NCBI RefSeq assembly: GCF_000015025.1
Contig: NC_008578.1
Span: 990,001-1,022,000, forward strand
Length of the DNA: 32,000 bases
Direction: 5' to 3'
Origin: Acidothermus cellulolyticus 11B
GTDB taxonomy: Bacteria; Actinomycetota; Actinomycetes; Acidothermales; Acidothermaceae
Each line of letters starts with the position of its first letter. Positions within the stretch are counted from its first letter, which is position 1. The translations under genes were made by a program, and so were the position numbers. Under the pieces are notes generated by a model. It searched no databases. It was not told where the DNA came from and was given only the letters and a program-made list of their open reading frames with translations. This document shows positions 8,005 through 16,820 of this stretch, piece by piece.

Positions 8005-9486
8005 GTGCGGCGGCTCTCTCTTGCGACGTTGCCGATGGTTCCCGATTCGGTGCGTCCGCGTGTCGATCCGCGTGCGATCGGCGTCGGAATCGTCCATCTC
8101 GGTCTGGGTGCGTTTCACCGCGCCCACCAAGCGGATTTCACCGAGGAGGCGATGGCCCGCGCCGGCGGCGCGTGGGGAATCTGCGGGGTGAGTCCGCGCA
8201 GTGGCCGGGTGATTGAGCAGCTGGCGCCGCAGGACGGCCTGTACACGCTGCTGACGCGCGGTTCCGCCGGCCCGCGGGCGCGAGTGCTCGCGCCGATTCG
8301 CCAGTGGCTGGTTGGCGCCCACGACCCGGAGGCCGTGACGGCACGGATCGCCGATCCTGCGATCCGGCTCGTGACACTGACGGTCACCGAGAAGGGGTAT
8401 CGCCACGATCCGGCGACCGGCCGGTTGCGCCGCGAGGATCCGGAGATTCGCGCAGACGCCGCGGGTCGCCCGCCGCGCACGGTGGTCGGCCTCCTCGTGC
8501 GCGGCTTGGAGCGGCGGATGCGTGACTCCGGCGCCCCCGTGACGGTGCTCTGCTGCGACAACCTGCCGCAGAACGGTGTGACGCTCGCCCGCGTGGTCGG
8601 TGATTTTCTCAGTCTCCTCACGGGGGGTGACGCGGTCGCGGAGTGGCTGGCGACAGCGGTCCGCTTCCCAAGCAGCATGGTTGACCGCATCACACCGGCG
8701 ACCACCGCGGCGGATCGCGAGGAGGCGGCGCGCCTGCTCGGGCTTCGCGACGAGGGCGTTGTTGTCACGGAACCGTTCCGTCAATGGGTGATTGAAGAGT
8801 CCTTTGCCGCCGGCAGGCCGGCGTGGGAGCAGGCCGGGGCGCTGCTGGTGACCGACGTCCGCCCATACGAGCTCGCAAAACTGCGCATGCTCAACGGCGC
8901 GCATTCCCTGTTGGGTTATCTCGGTGCACTCGCCGGCCTGGAAACAATTGCGGAGACAGTGGCCGTCGAACCATTTGCCATTGCAGCCCAGCGCCTGATG
9001 GTCGACGATGCCGTGCCGACGCTGGTTGGGCCGGCAGGACTCGACCTTGCGGCGTACGCGGCGGATATTCTCGCGCGTTTCGCCAACCCCGCGCTCGACT
9101 ATCGGACGACCCAGGTCGCAAGCGACGGATCTCAGAAGTTGCCGCAACGTCTGCTCGGCACGATCCGGGACCGGCGAACCGCCGGAGCGATGCCTCGGTG
9201 GGCGGTGCTGGGCGTTGCCGCGTGGATGCGCTGGGTCTGGAGTCCGGTCACCGATGCGGGGGAGCCGCGGCAATTGGACGATCCGCTTGCCGACGAGATG
9301 ACGGAGCTTCTCCGGGATGTCAACGATCCGGTGCAGGTGGTCGATCGGCTCCTTCACCTTCGAGCAGTCTTCGGCGACGATCTCGCTGACGACGTCGAGC
9401 TGCGCGAGCGATTGACGGACGACCTCACGGCGTTGACGATCGATGGTGCGAAGGCCACGGTCCGGCGCGCGGTTTCACTAGAGTGA
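8005..9486 (+). CDS. Mannitol dehydrogenase-family oxidoreductase (mannitol 2-dehydrogenase / fructuronate reductase-like)
   Basis: 493 aa. It has the N-terminal IVHLGLGAFHRAHQA motif, CCDNLPQNG, FPSSMVDRITP and KLRMLNGAHSLLGYLG, which are signatures of long-chain mannitol dehydrogenases. Confidence 0.8.
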   Translation: MRRLSLATLPMVPDSVRPRVDPRAIGVGIVHLGLGAFHRAHQADFTEEAMARAGGAWGICGVSPRSGRVIEQLAPQDGLYTLLTRGSAGPRARVLAPIRQWLVGAHDPEAVTARIADPAIRLVTLTVTEKGYRHDPATGRLRREDPEIRADAAGRPPRTVVGLLVRGLERRMRDSGAPVTVLCCDNLPQNGVTLARVVGDFLSLLTGGDAVAEWLATAVRFPSSMVDRITPATTAADREEAARLLGLRDEGVVVTEPFRQWVIEESFAAGRPAWEQAGALLVTDVRPYELAKLRMLNGAHSLLGYLGALAGLETIAETVAVEPFAIAAQRLMVDDAVPTLVGPAGLDLAAYAADILARFANPALDYRTTQVASDGSQKLPQRLLGTIRDRRTAGAMPRWAVLGVAAWMRWVWSPVTDAGEPRQLDDPLADEMTELLRDVNDPVQVVDRLLHLRAVFGDDLADDVELRERLTDDLTALTIDGAKATVRRAVSLE

Positions 9487-9489
9487 GGG

Positions 9490-9922
9490 GGCGGCGGACG
9501 AGCCGGCCGGGCGGCCGCGTCGGGCCACGGTGCGCCGTGGACCCGCCGAGGAAGGTCCGGGCTCCACAGGGCAGGGTGGTGGGTAACACCCACCCGGGGC
9601 GACCCGCGGGATAGTGCCACAGAAAACAGACCGCCGCGCAGCCGGCGCCTGCCGCTGCGCGGTAAGGGTGAAACGGCGGTGTAAGAGACCACCAGCGCCC
9701 GGGGTGACCCGGGCGGCTCGGCAAACCCCACCCGGAGCAAGGTCAAGAGGCGGCGGACGCCGATGGGCGGCCGCCGCTGCGCAGGCGCTCGAGGACGGCC
9801 CGTCCGATGCCTGCGGGTGGACCGCTGGAGGTTGCCGGCAACGGCAGCCCAAGAGAGATGGCCGCCCGTCGCGGATGACCGCGACGACAGAACCCGGCCT
9901 ACAGGCCGACTCGCCCGCCGCC
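9490..9922 (+). ncRNA. rnpB: RNase P RNA, bacterial type A
   Basis: Universally conserved blocks are present in order: GAGGAAGGTCCGGGCTCCACAGGGCAGGGTG, AGTGCCACAGAAAACAGACCGCC, GGTAAGGGTGAAACGGCGGTGTAAGAGACCACC, GCAAACCCCACCCGGAGCAAGG and GACGACAGAACCCGGCCTACAGG. The P1 helix pairs 9490-9508 with 9904-9922, with G-U wobbles. Confidence 0.93.
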
Positions 9923-9942
9923 AAATCGATACATCCCGGCTC

Positions 9943-9971
9943 TTGACAGCCAATGTGGTCCGGTCTTCAAT
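9943..9971 (+). promoter_or_regulatory. Candidate promoter of the ABC-transporter operon
   Basis: TTGACA at 9943-9948, a 17-nt spacer, then TTCAAT at 9966-9971. It lies about 75 nt upstream of ATG 10045. Confidence 0.35.
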
Positions 9972-10044
9972 GAGAGCAACCGATTGCAGGCTCTCGCGGC
10001 AGGTCACCTTAGTGATCGGCGCTTACAGTGCCGGGAGGCAGGTC

Positions 10045-11364
10045 ATGAGTATGAACAAACGTTTGCCAGGCACCGCTCAACGATCCGTGCTCTTCGGCCC
10101 GCTGGTCGGCGTCGTCGTCGGAGCGGTGGTTCTCGCGGGGTGCAGCTCGAGCAAGTCTGCGTCGCCGGCGGCCTCAACCCCTGCCCCCTCTGCGGCGGCG
10201 ACGTCGGCGGCGAGCTCGACGCAGCCGGCAAGCCCGACGGGTAAGCCGATCGTCATCGGCATCTCTCTCTCGCTCACCGGGGACTTCTCCGACTCCGGTA
10301 CGGCTGCAAAGCGCGGTTACGAGACCTGGGAATCCGTCGTCAACGCCAAGGGCGGCATCGACGGGCGGCCGGTGCAGCTGAAGATTGTGGATGACGCTTC
10401 GAGTCCCAACCAAGTCACAACCAATTACCAGAACCTCATCACCAAGGACAAAGTCGATTTCGTCTTCGGCCCGTTCTCCAGTCTGCTGACCATTCCCGCG
10501 GCTCAGGTCGCGGCGCGGTATGGCTATGCCTTCATCGAACCCGCCGGCGGCGGCCCGAAGGTCTTCGAACAGCACCTGCACAACCTCTTCTTCGTCCAGC
10601 CGGCGCCGGTGGTTTCAGAGGGAAAGGTTTTCGCCGACTACATCCTCTCGCTACCGGCGGACCAGCGGCCGAAGACTGCCGCGTATCCAGAGCTTGACGA
10701 TCCGTTCGCGGCTCCGATCGCCGAAACTGTCCGCCAGGAATTCGAGGCGGCCGGCATCAAGACGGTGTACAAGCAGGTCTACCCGGCGGAGACGGCGGAC
10801 TTCACTCCGATCGTGCAGAAGATGAAGTCCGCCAATCCCGACGTTGTCGTCGCGGGGACCCAATCGGAGGATGCCTACGGTCTCGTCAAGGCGATGGTTC
10901 AGCTCAAGTTCGCGCCCAAGTGGCTCTTCTTTGCCAACGGTGCCAATTCGCCGCTGAACTTCCCGGACAAGGTGGGCGCCAACAACGTCAACGGAATCTT
11001 CTCGGCGGCCGACTGGACTCCTGACGCCACCAGCTACCGTAACCAGGAATTCGTCCAGGCCTATCTTGCGAAATTTGGCGGCACCGCCGACCAGATCGAC
11101 CCGACCTCGGCCGAGGCGTTCTCCTGCGGCGTCCTGTTGGAAGAGGCGATCGCCAAGACCGGAAGCTTCGACAACAAGAAGATCATCGAAGCGCTCCACC
11201 AAGGAACGTGGCCGACGCCGGAAGGCAATCTCTCCTGGGATGCCGACGGCGCACCCCAGGGCAGTGACATGCTCGTGCAGTGGCAGAACGGCAAGATGGT
11301 CCGGGTGTGGCCGCCGTCGGTCGCAGCCGCGTCACCGGTTCAGACACCTCTGCCGTGGGCGTGA
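10045..11364 (+). CDS. ABC transporter substrate-binding lipoprotein, Leu/Ile/Val-binding (Peripla_BP_6, LivJ-like) family
   Basis: GGGAGG lies 6 nt before ATG 10045. There is a signal peptide with the lipobox LAGC, a Ser/Ala/Pro linker and then a type-I periplasmic binding fold (IVIGISLSLTGDFS..., FGPFSS). The track ORF start at 9763 would overlap rnpB. Confidence 0.85.
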   Translation: MSMNKRLPGTAQRSVLFGPLVGVVVGAVVLAGCSSSKSASPAASTPAPSAAATSAASSTQPASPTGKPIVIGISLSLTGDFSDSGTAAKRGYETWESVVNAKGGIDGRPVQLKIVDDASSPNQVTTNYQNLITKDKVDFVFGPFSSLLTIPAAQVAARYGYAFIEPAGGGPKVFEQHLHNLFFVQPAPVVSEGKVFADYILSLPADQRPKTAAYPELDDPFAAPIAETVRQEFEAAGIKTVYKQVYPAETADFTPIVQKMKSANPDVVVAGTQSEDAYGLVKAMVQLKFAPKWLFFANGANSPLNFPDKVGANNVNGIFSAADWTPDATSYRNQEFVQAYLAKFGGTADQIDPTSAEAFSCGVLLEEAIAKTGSFDNKKIIEALHQGTWPTPEGNLSWDADGAPQGSDMLVQWQNGKMVRVWPPSVAAASPVQTPLPWA

Positions 11365-11378
11365 CGGGGGACGGCTGA

Positions 11379-12257
11379 GTGCACGACATCATCGAAGCAG
11401 TAATCCTTGGTGTCCTGACGGGCGGGGTTTACGCCCTGATGGCGTCGGGTCAGACTCTGATCTTCGGCGTCATGCGGGTGATAAACCTCGCCCAAGGGGC
11501 GCTGGTCGTGGTCGCGGCGTTCCTCGCTTACACCCTCTTCGGCCGCTTCCACATTGATCCGTTCCTGGCGATCCTCATCACCACCCCGATTCTCTTCCTC
11601 ATCGGCGTGGCCATTCAGTGGCTCTTTCTCCGTCCGCTTCGCGCTGACGATCTCGCTGAGATGTCACTTCTGGTCACGTTCGCCGTCGCACTCGGCCTGG
11701 AGGGAATCCTCACCCTCGTGTACAAGACCGATTACCGGTCGATCAAACCGGTATATGCCAATGATTCGTTCGTCGTGCTCGGTTATCGCATAACCACCGT
11801 GCGGCTTTACGCGTTTCTCCTTTCCTTGGCGGCCCTTGGCGTGCTCTATCTCGTCCTGTACCGTACCCGACTCGGCCGTGCGCTCCGGGCGACCGTGCAG
11901 AACCCCACCGCAGCGCAGCTGCTCGGAGTCGAGGCGAAACGGGTGAGTGCGATGGGCTTCGGATTGGGCGCCGCAACGGCGGCCGCCGCGGGATCGGTTT
12001 TCGGTGTCGTCTATCCCTTCAACCCGAATAGTCACTACGACCTGATTTCCCGACTGCTGTCGATCGTCATCCTGGGTGGTCTCGGCAGCGTCGGCGGCGC
12101 CGTGCTCGGCGCAGTCGTCATGGGGGTCGTGTCGAGCGTTGTCGCGGTGGTCGCATCGCCGACTTGGGCCGATTTCAGCTTTTTCGTTGTGCTCATCGCT
12201 GTTCTCCTGGTGCGGCCGCAGGGCTTCTTCGGGATGCGACTCCGAGGTGCGGCATGA
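11379..12257 (+). CDS. Branched-chain amino-acid (HAAT family) ABC transporter permease, LivH-like
   Basis: 292-aa membrane ORF with GVLTGGVYALMASGQTLIFGVMRVINLAQG, typical of LivH-type permeases. It is in an operon with the following genes. Confidence 0.85.
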   Translation: MHDIIEAVILGVLTGGVYALMASGQTLIFGVMRVINLAQGALVVVAAFLAYTLFGRFHIDPFLAILITTPILFLIGVAIQWLFLRPLRADDLAEMSLLVTFAVALGLEGILTLVYKTDYRSIKPVYANDSFVVLGYRITTVRLYAFLLSLAALGVLYLVLYRTRLGRALRATVQNPTAAQLLGVEAKRVSAMGFGLGAATAAAAGSVFGVVYPFNPNSHYDLISRLLSIVILGGLGSVGGAVLGAVVMGVVSSVVAVVASPTWADFSFFVVLIAVLLVRPQGFFGMRLRGAA

Positions 12258-13270
12258 GACCAGCGGGCCTGCTGCGCGGTGGAATCTTCGCCGTCCTTGT
12301 TCTTGCCATGCCGTTGATGACCAGCGCGCATTGGATTCTCAACATCGCCGTCTTCACGGTGATGTATGCCGGGCTTGCCCTCGCATGGAACCTCATTGGC
12401 GGTTTCGCGGGCTACCCGTCGCTTGGCCATGCCGCATTCTTCGGCATCGGTGCTTACGTCGAGGCGATTTGGTTCAACCACCACAGCGTCGGCGCCGGCT
12501 ACCTCCCCTTCTTCGTGCTGCCCATCGTGGGTCTTGCCGTCGCGTTCGCGATGCTTCCGGTTGCCTGGGTCGCGCTGCGGACTCGCGCAGACGTCTTCGC
12601 CATCGTTACGATCACTCTGCTCTTCGTGGTGCAGACGTTGGCTTTCAACCTGCACAGTGTCACCGAGGGGTCCCAGGGGATCGGCATTCATCCGCCGCCG
12701 TTCGACCCTGCAACCTATGAGCGGCCCTTCTACTGGGCAATGGCGGCGATTTTTCTGCTCGCTATGATCGTCACCTGGCTTGTGCAGAACAGCAAGACCG
12801 GATTGGCCTTGCTCGCGATCCGAGGGGACGAAGACCGGGCCAGCGGCATCGGCGTCCATGTGACCTTGGCCAAGCTGGTCGCTTTCTTCCTCTCGACCGC
12901 ACTCACCGCGATGATCGGTGCGGTTTGGGCGTACTACGTCACGTTCATTTATCCGCAGTTCGCTGTCGATCCTCTCGTGACGATCGGCATGGTTCTCATG
13001 ACGTTCCTCGGCGGCCGTGCCACCTTGTGGGGACCCGTGGTCGGGGCGCTCATCCTCGCACCAGCACAGCAGTACCTGGCGTACCAGTTCGGTTCCAGTC
13101 GGCTGTACCTGCTCGCGTACGCCGCAGTCTTCCTCATCGTCATGGTGTTCCTGCCCCGGGGAATTGTGCCGACCCTGGCGGAGTGGCGCTTTTCGCGGAG
13201 GCGGGCGGCTCGAGCCGCCACCGCAGGCATTCGACCTCAGTCTCGCAGACAGCAGGTGACGACGCCATGA
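12254..13270 (+). CDS. HAAT-family ABC transporter permease, LivM-like
   Basis: ATG 12254 overlaps the previous stop (ATGA). The motif LALAWNLIGGFAGYPSLGHAAFFGIGAY is typical of LivM. Confidence 0.85.
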   Translation: MRPAGLLRGGIFAVLVLAMPLMTSAHWILNIAVFTVMYAGLALAWNLIGGFAGYPSLGHAAFFGIGAYVEAIWFNHHSVGAGYLPFFVLPIVGLAVAFAMLPVAWVALRTRADVFAIVTITLLFVVQTLAFNLHSVTEGSQGIGIHPPPFDPATYERPFYWAMAAIFLLAMIVTWLVQNSKTGLALLAIRGDEDRASGIGVHVTLAKLVAFFLSTALTAMIGAVWAYYVTFIYPQFAVDPLVTIGMVLMTFLGGRATLWGPVVGALILAPAQQYLAYQFGSSRLYLLAYAAVFLIVMVFLPRGIVPTLAEWRFSRRRAARAATAGIRPQSRRQQVTTP

Positions 13271-13992
13271 TGCTCACTGTTCGTGGACTGACGAAGCGGT
13301 TTGGCGGAGTCACGGCAGTCGCCGATTGCTCGTTCTCCGTAGCGGAGAGGAGCATCACCGGACTGATCGGTCCCAACGGCTCCGGGAAGACTACGGTCTT
13401 CAATATTGTGACCGGCTACGTGCAGGCGGATGCCGGGAGCGTGGAATTTGCCGGGCAGTTGATCAAGCGTCCGAAGCCGGGTGAGATGTTTCGACGCGGA
13501 TTGGTGCGCACGTTTCAGCAAGCACGAGTGTTTCCGCAGCTCACCGTCGTCGATAATTTGGTCGTCGCCGCGGCTCATCCCTGGTGGGCGCTGGCGACCC
13601 GGCGGGTCACCCGGGCTGACCGAGAGCGCGCCGAGCACCTCATGACGGAATTCGGTCTCCGCGAGGTGGCGGACCTTCCGGCGGCCCAATTGTCATACGG
13701 TCAGCGGAAATTATTGGAGTTCGCGGCGGTGCTCATGAGTCGACCACGGATGGTTCTGCTCGATGAACCGACCGCCGGCGTCAATCCGGTGCTGCGCGAG
13801 ACAATGGCTCGGCACATCCGGGCTTATCACGAGGACGGCGTCACCTTCCTGATCGTGGAGCACGATATGCCCTTCGTCATGCAGCTGTGCGATCCGGTCA
13901 TCGTTATCGACCGTGGCACTCCGATTGCCGAAGGCCCGCCGCAGGTCGTCCAGCAAGACCCGGCCGTTCTCGACGCGTATCTCGGTGAGTAG
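13267..13992 (+). CDS. HAAT-family ABC transporter ATP-binding protein, LivG-like
   Basis: ATG 13267 overlaps the previous stop (ATGA). It has Walker A (GPNGSGKTT), the ABC signature LSYGQRKLLE and Walker B (LLDEPTAG). Confidence 0.9.
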   Translation: MMLTVRGLTKRFGGVTAVADCSFSVAERSITGLIGPNGSGKTTVFNIVTGYVQADAGSVEFAGQLIKRPKPGEMFRRGLVRTFQQARVFPQLTVVDNLVVAAAHPWWALATRRVTRADRERAEHLMTEFGLREVADLPAAQLSYGQRKLLEFAAVLMSRPRMVLLDEPTAGVNPVLRETMARHIRAYHEDGVTFLIVEHDMPFVMQLCDPVIVIDRGTPIAEGPPQVVQQDPAVLDAYLGE

Positions 13993-14004
13993 CAGGGGAG
14001 TTCC

Positions 14005-14748
14005 GTGCCGATGATGGACGGTGTTCTGCTCAGCGTTGAGGGCGTCGTGGCCGGCTATGGCGCTGGTGACATCCTCCGCGGCGTCAGCATTGAGGTGGCT
14101 CAGGGCGAAACGGTCTGTCTGATCGGACCCAACGGCGCGGGGAAATCCACCGTCCTCAAGGTAGTCAGCGGCCTGTTGCGCCCCAAGGCCGGGGTCATCC
14201 GATTCCACGGCACTGTGATCACGCATCTGAGCGTGCGTCAACGCCTGCTCGCCGGGATCGTGCACGTGCCCCAGGACCGCGGACTGTTCCCAGCGATGAC
14301 CGTCTGGGAGAACATGATCATGGGTGGTTACGTGCTCGGTGACGATCGCGAGGCACGACGTCGCGCCGAGCGTGCAGCCGAACTCTTCCCCTTGGTCACC
14401 GAACGCCGGAATGAGCTCGCCGGCTCGCTGTCGGGAGGGGAACAACGACAAGTGGAAATCGCCCGGAGCCTCGTCCTGGACCCCAAAGTGATCCTGCTCG
14501 ATGAGCCGTCCATCGGGCTTGATCCGAAATCGCGTCGCATCGTGTTTGATTCCATCGAACGCCTCCGCGACGACGGCCGGACCGTTCTCCTTGTCGAGCA
14601 GAACGCCCGCTCCGGGCTTGCCGTCGCCGACCGCGGCTACGTGCTCGAGTCCGGGCAGGTTCGTCTCACCGGTACGGGCCAGCACCTGCTCTCTGATCCG
14701 GAGGTGGGCCGGCTCTATCTCGGAGCGTCACTCGCTACCGGATCCTGA
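14005..14748 (+). CDS. HAAT-family ABC transporter ATP-binding protein, LivF-like
   Basis: It has Walker A (GPNGAGKST), the signature LSGGEQRQVE, Walker B (LLDEPSIGL) and the C-terminal DPEVGRLYLG typical of LivF. The start is GTG 14005 or ATG 14011. Confidence 0.9.
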   Translation: MPMMDGVLLSVEGVVAGYGAGDILRGVSIEVAQGETVCLIGPNGAGKSTVLKVVSGLLRPKAGVIRFHGTVITHLSVRQRLLAGIVHVPQDRGLFPAMTVWENMIMGGYVLGDDREARRRAERAAELFPLVTERRNELAGSLSGGEQRQVEIARSLVLDPKVILLDEPSIGLDPKSRRIVFDSIERLRDDGRTVLLVEQNARSGLAVADRGYVLESGQVRLTGTGQHLLSDPEVGRLYLGASLATGS

Positions 14749-14811
14749 CAGAATTCGGGGGTCGGATCCTGACAGAATTCGGGGGTCGGATCCTGACAGA
14801 ATTCGGGGGTG
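14740..14811 (+). repeat. Three tandem copies of a 24-bp unit, GGATCCTGACAGAATTCGGGGGTC
   Basis: The units are at 14740-14763, 14764-14787 and 14788-14811. They are identical except for the last base of copy 3. Copy 1 supplies the livF-like stop codon and copy 3 supplies the GTG/ATG start of the next gene. Confidence 0.95.
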
Positions 14812-15528
14812 ATGTCGCACACTTTGCCGGCCGTGAGCTTCCCCGCGGCGAGGACCTACCAGGTGCGCGTGGTCGACGCGTACGTGATAACCCCGCGAAT
14901 GCGGCGGGTCCGACTTGCCGGCCCGGACCTCGTCGGCTTCACCGCCCTTCCCGGCCAGGACGTCGTCGTCCGGCTCCAGACACCGGACGGGCCGGCCCAT
15001 CGCCGGTACACCATCCGCAACCTGGACCCAATCAACGGCGCCTTCGACCTCGACATCGTGCTGCACGGTCACGGCCCCGGGGCGAGGTGGGCGGCGGGCG
15101 TCGAGCCCGGCGCGGAACTTGAAATCTTCGGACCGCGCGGCAAGGTGCCGCTCGCCACCGCCCCAGCTCAGGTGTTCGTGGGTGACGAGTCGGCGCTCCC
15201 CGCGATCGCGGAGATGGCAGCTGCGCTGCCGCGGGCCACCGAGATCCGAGCGGTGATCGAAGTGTCGGACGCCGCCGAACGTCAGCCGATGCCTCCCGAG
15301 ATGGACGTCCGCTGGCTCATCCGCGGGGACCGCGAACCCGGGACCGCCGATCTGCTGTTGCCGGCGATCGAAGAGCTTTCCGTTGCAGGCGCGACCCGGC
15401 ACTTCTACCTGTTCGCCGAGTCTCGGGTGGTTCGCCTGCTGCGCGATGCGTTGTCGGCCCGGGGAGTACCGCTGGAGGAGATCTCGGCGAAGGGCTACTG
15501 GAACAAGGGCCGGCCGATGCGCGGCTGA
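14809..15528 (+). CDS. Siderophore-interacting protein (FAD-binding_9 / SIP, ferric-reductase-like)
   Basis: 239 aa. It has the RRYTIRN FAD-binding motif, then GPG..WA and FVGDESALPAI in the NAD-binding half, and a C-terminal KGYW. The start is GTG 14809 or ATG 14812. Confidence 0.75.
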   Translation: MMSHTLPAVSFPAARTYQVRVVDAYVITPRMRRVRLAGPDLVGFTALPGQDVVVRLQTPDGPAHRRYTIRNLDPINGAFDLDIVLHGHGPGARWAAGVEPGAELEIFGPRGKVPLATAPAQVFVGDESALPAIAEMAAALPRATEIRAVIEVSDAAERQPMPPEMDVRWLIRGDREPGTADLLLPAIEELSVAGATRHFYLFAESRVVRLLRDALSARGVPLEEISAKGYWNKGRPMRG

Positions 15529-15575
15529 ACCCCGCCCCCTTTTGTTTCCGCCCGCCGACCCGGCAGACTGGAACC

Positions 15576-16112
15576 ATGAGTCTCGATCGCGGAATACCGC
15601 CGGACCCCTTCGACGTACTGCCGGCCAAACCCTGGTTCACCCTTGAGAGCGCCGACATTGTCGACGGTGCACTCCTTGCCGACACCTTCGTCCACACCAG
15701 CATCGGCGGGCGGAACCTGAGCCCGGAGCTTCGCTGGTCGGGTTTTCCCGGGGAGACAGCGGGTTTTGTCGTCACGTGCTTCGACCCCGACGCGCCGACC
15801 ATGAGCGGCTTCTGGCATTGGGTGCTCGTCAACCTGCCTCGTGACGTGACCGAACTGCCCCGCGGTGCAGGCAGTGGCGGGACGCTGCCCAGCGGGGCGT
15901 TCCATGTCCGCAATGACTTCGGCGAGTATGGCTACGGCGGGCCGGCGCCGCCGCGCGGTGACCGCGACCACCGTTACGTTTTCACCGTTCACGCCCTGGA
16001 CGTGCCGCGCCTGGACGTCACGCCCGACACCCCGGCTGCGGTGGTGGGTTTCCAGTTGACATTCCACACCCTTGCGCGCGCCGCGCTGCGGCCGGTTTAT
16101 CGAGTGCCGTAA
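15576..16112 (+). CDS. YbhB/YbcL-family PEBP (Raf-kinase-inhibitor-like) protein
   Basis: 178 aa with the CFDPDAPT..GFWHWVLVNLP and GYGGPAPP.GDRDHRYVFTVHALD motifs characteristic of bacterial PEBP proteins. Confidence 0.85.
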   Translation: MSLDRGIPPDPFDVLPAKPWFTLESADIVDGALLADTFVHTSIGGRNLSPELRWSGFPGETAGFVVTCFDPDAPTMSGFWHWVLVNLPRDVTELPRGAGSGGTLPSGAFHVRNDFGEYGYGGPAPPRGDRDHRYVFTVHALDVPRLDVTPDTPAAVVGFQLTFHTLARAALRPVYRVP

Positions 16113-16134
16113 GAGTGGCGTTGCTCGTGTCACG

Positions 16135-16171
16135 GAATCGTGGTGGCGAGGTCAGCTCGCCACCACGATTC
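16135..16171. terminator. Bidirectional intrinsic-terminator-like hairpin between convergent genes
   Basis: Perfect 16-bp arms (GAATCGTGGTGGCGAG / CTCGCCACCACGATTC) flank a 5-nt loop. The hairpin starts 23 nt after the PEBP stop and ends 5 nt from the stop of the minus-strand gene. No U-tract follows, which is common in actinobacteria. Confidence 0.6.
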
Positions 16172-16175
16172 GCCA

Positions 16176-16820
16176 TTACGCCTGACGGGCGGACGCCGGA
16201 CGAGCCGCGGCTTTACGGGCCGTCACCTTCCGCGCCGTGGTTCTCCGTGACGAGACAGCCCGGGAAGTCGTCTTCCGCGCGGTCGCCTTCCGGGCGGTCG
16301 TTTTGCCGGCGGTCGTCTTCCGCGCGCTCGCCTTCCGCGCTGTTGCTGTGCCCGCTGCAGCTTTCCGGGTCGTTGCTTTGCGGACCGCAGTGGTCTTACG
16401 TGCTGCGGTCTTCCGCGTCGTCGTTTTGCGGGCGGTTGTCTGACGGGTGGCGGATGCCGCCGCCACTCCGCTCTTTTTGGCCGTGCTCCGCTTCGCCGCT
16501 GCTGTGGTGCCGCGTGTTGTCTTCGTCGCGGCAGGACGGCGGGACGCCGTGCCGGCGGCACGTGTCGTCGTCTTCTTTGCAGGTCGGGACGCCGCGGCGC
16601 TCCGGCTTCGGGTCGCACTCGCGACGGCAGCGGCACCGCGCGTTGCCGCGACGCGCTTCGTCGCCGTCTTGCGTGCGGTCGCTGTTTTTCCGGCGGACGA
16701 CGCGGTGCGGGTTGTCGCGGTCCGCTTCGTCGCCGCGCTCGTTGACTTTGTTGCGGATGTGCGTGTTGGAGTACTCCGGGCAGCCTTCTTTGCAGCTGCC
16801 GCACCTGCTCGTACCGGCAC
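16176..16820 (-). CDS. Polycationic low-complexity protein (histone H1-like / HupB-tail-like Ala-Thr-Arg-Lys repeats)
   Basis: 214 aa composed only of A/T/R/K/S/G/P/V/Q with loose ARKTT repeats. GAGGAGG ends 5 nt upstream of GTG 16820, and the terminator hairpin starts just after the stop. The frame assignment is contested by overlapping open frames (see findings). Confidence 0.5.
   Translation of the reverse strand: MPVRAGAAAAKKAARSTPTRTSATKSTSAATKRTATTRTASSAGKTATARKTATKRVAATRGAAAVASATRSRSAAASRPAKKTTTRAAGTASRRPAATKTTRGTTAAAKRSTAKKSGVAAASATRQTTARKTTTRKTAARKTTAVRKATTRKAAAGTATARKASARKTTAGKTTARKATARKTTSRAVSSRRTTARKVTARKAAARPASARQA

Noticed and set aside
7837-9357. 506-aa minus-strand ORF antisense to the mannitol-dehydrogenase-family gene. 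Similar long antisense ORFs lie at 23192-25330 (-), 4918-6234 (-), 19743-21047 (+), 21036-22217 (-), 13711-14685 (-), 2745-3848 (-), 18323-19297 (+) and 12035-12859 (-).
   Set aside because: All lie opposite genes with unmistakable family signatures. Their translations are Arg/Pro/Gly-rich with no recognisable motifs. These are typical stop-codon-poor shadow ORFs of a high-GC genome.
9763-10044. N-terminal extension of the substrate-binding protein ORF
   Set aside because: It would overlap the 3' part of RNase P RNA. ATG 10045 has a GGGAGG RBS and is followed by a canonical lipoprotein signal peptide.
14740-14811. Possibility that the GGATCC...GAATTC repeats are a cloning-vector or polylinker artefact, or a CRISPR-like array
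   Set aside because: There is no other vector-like sequence. The units are seamlessly in frame with both flanking native genes. The repeats are contiguous with no spacers, so this is not a CRISPR array. An assembly artefact cannot be fully excluded without read-level data.
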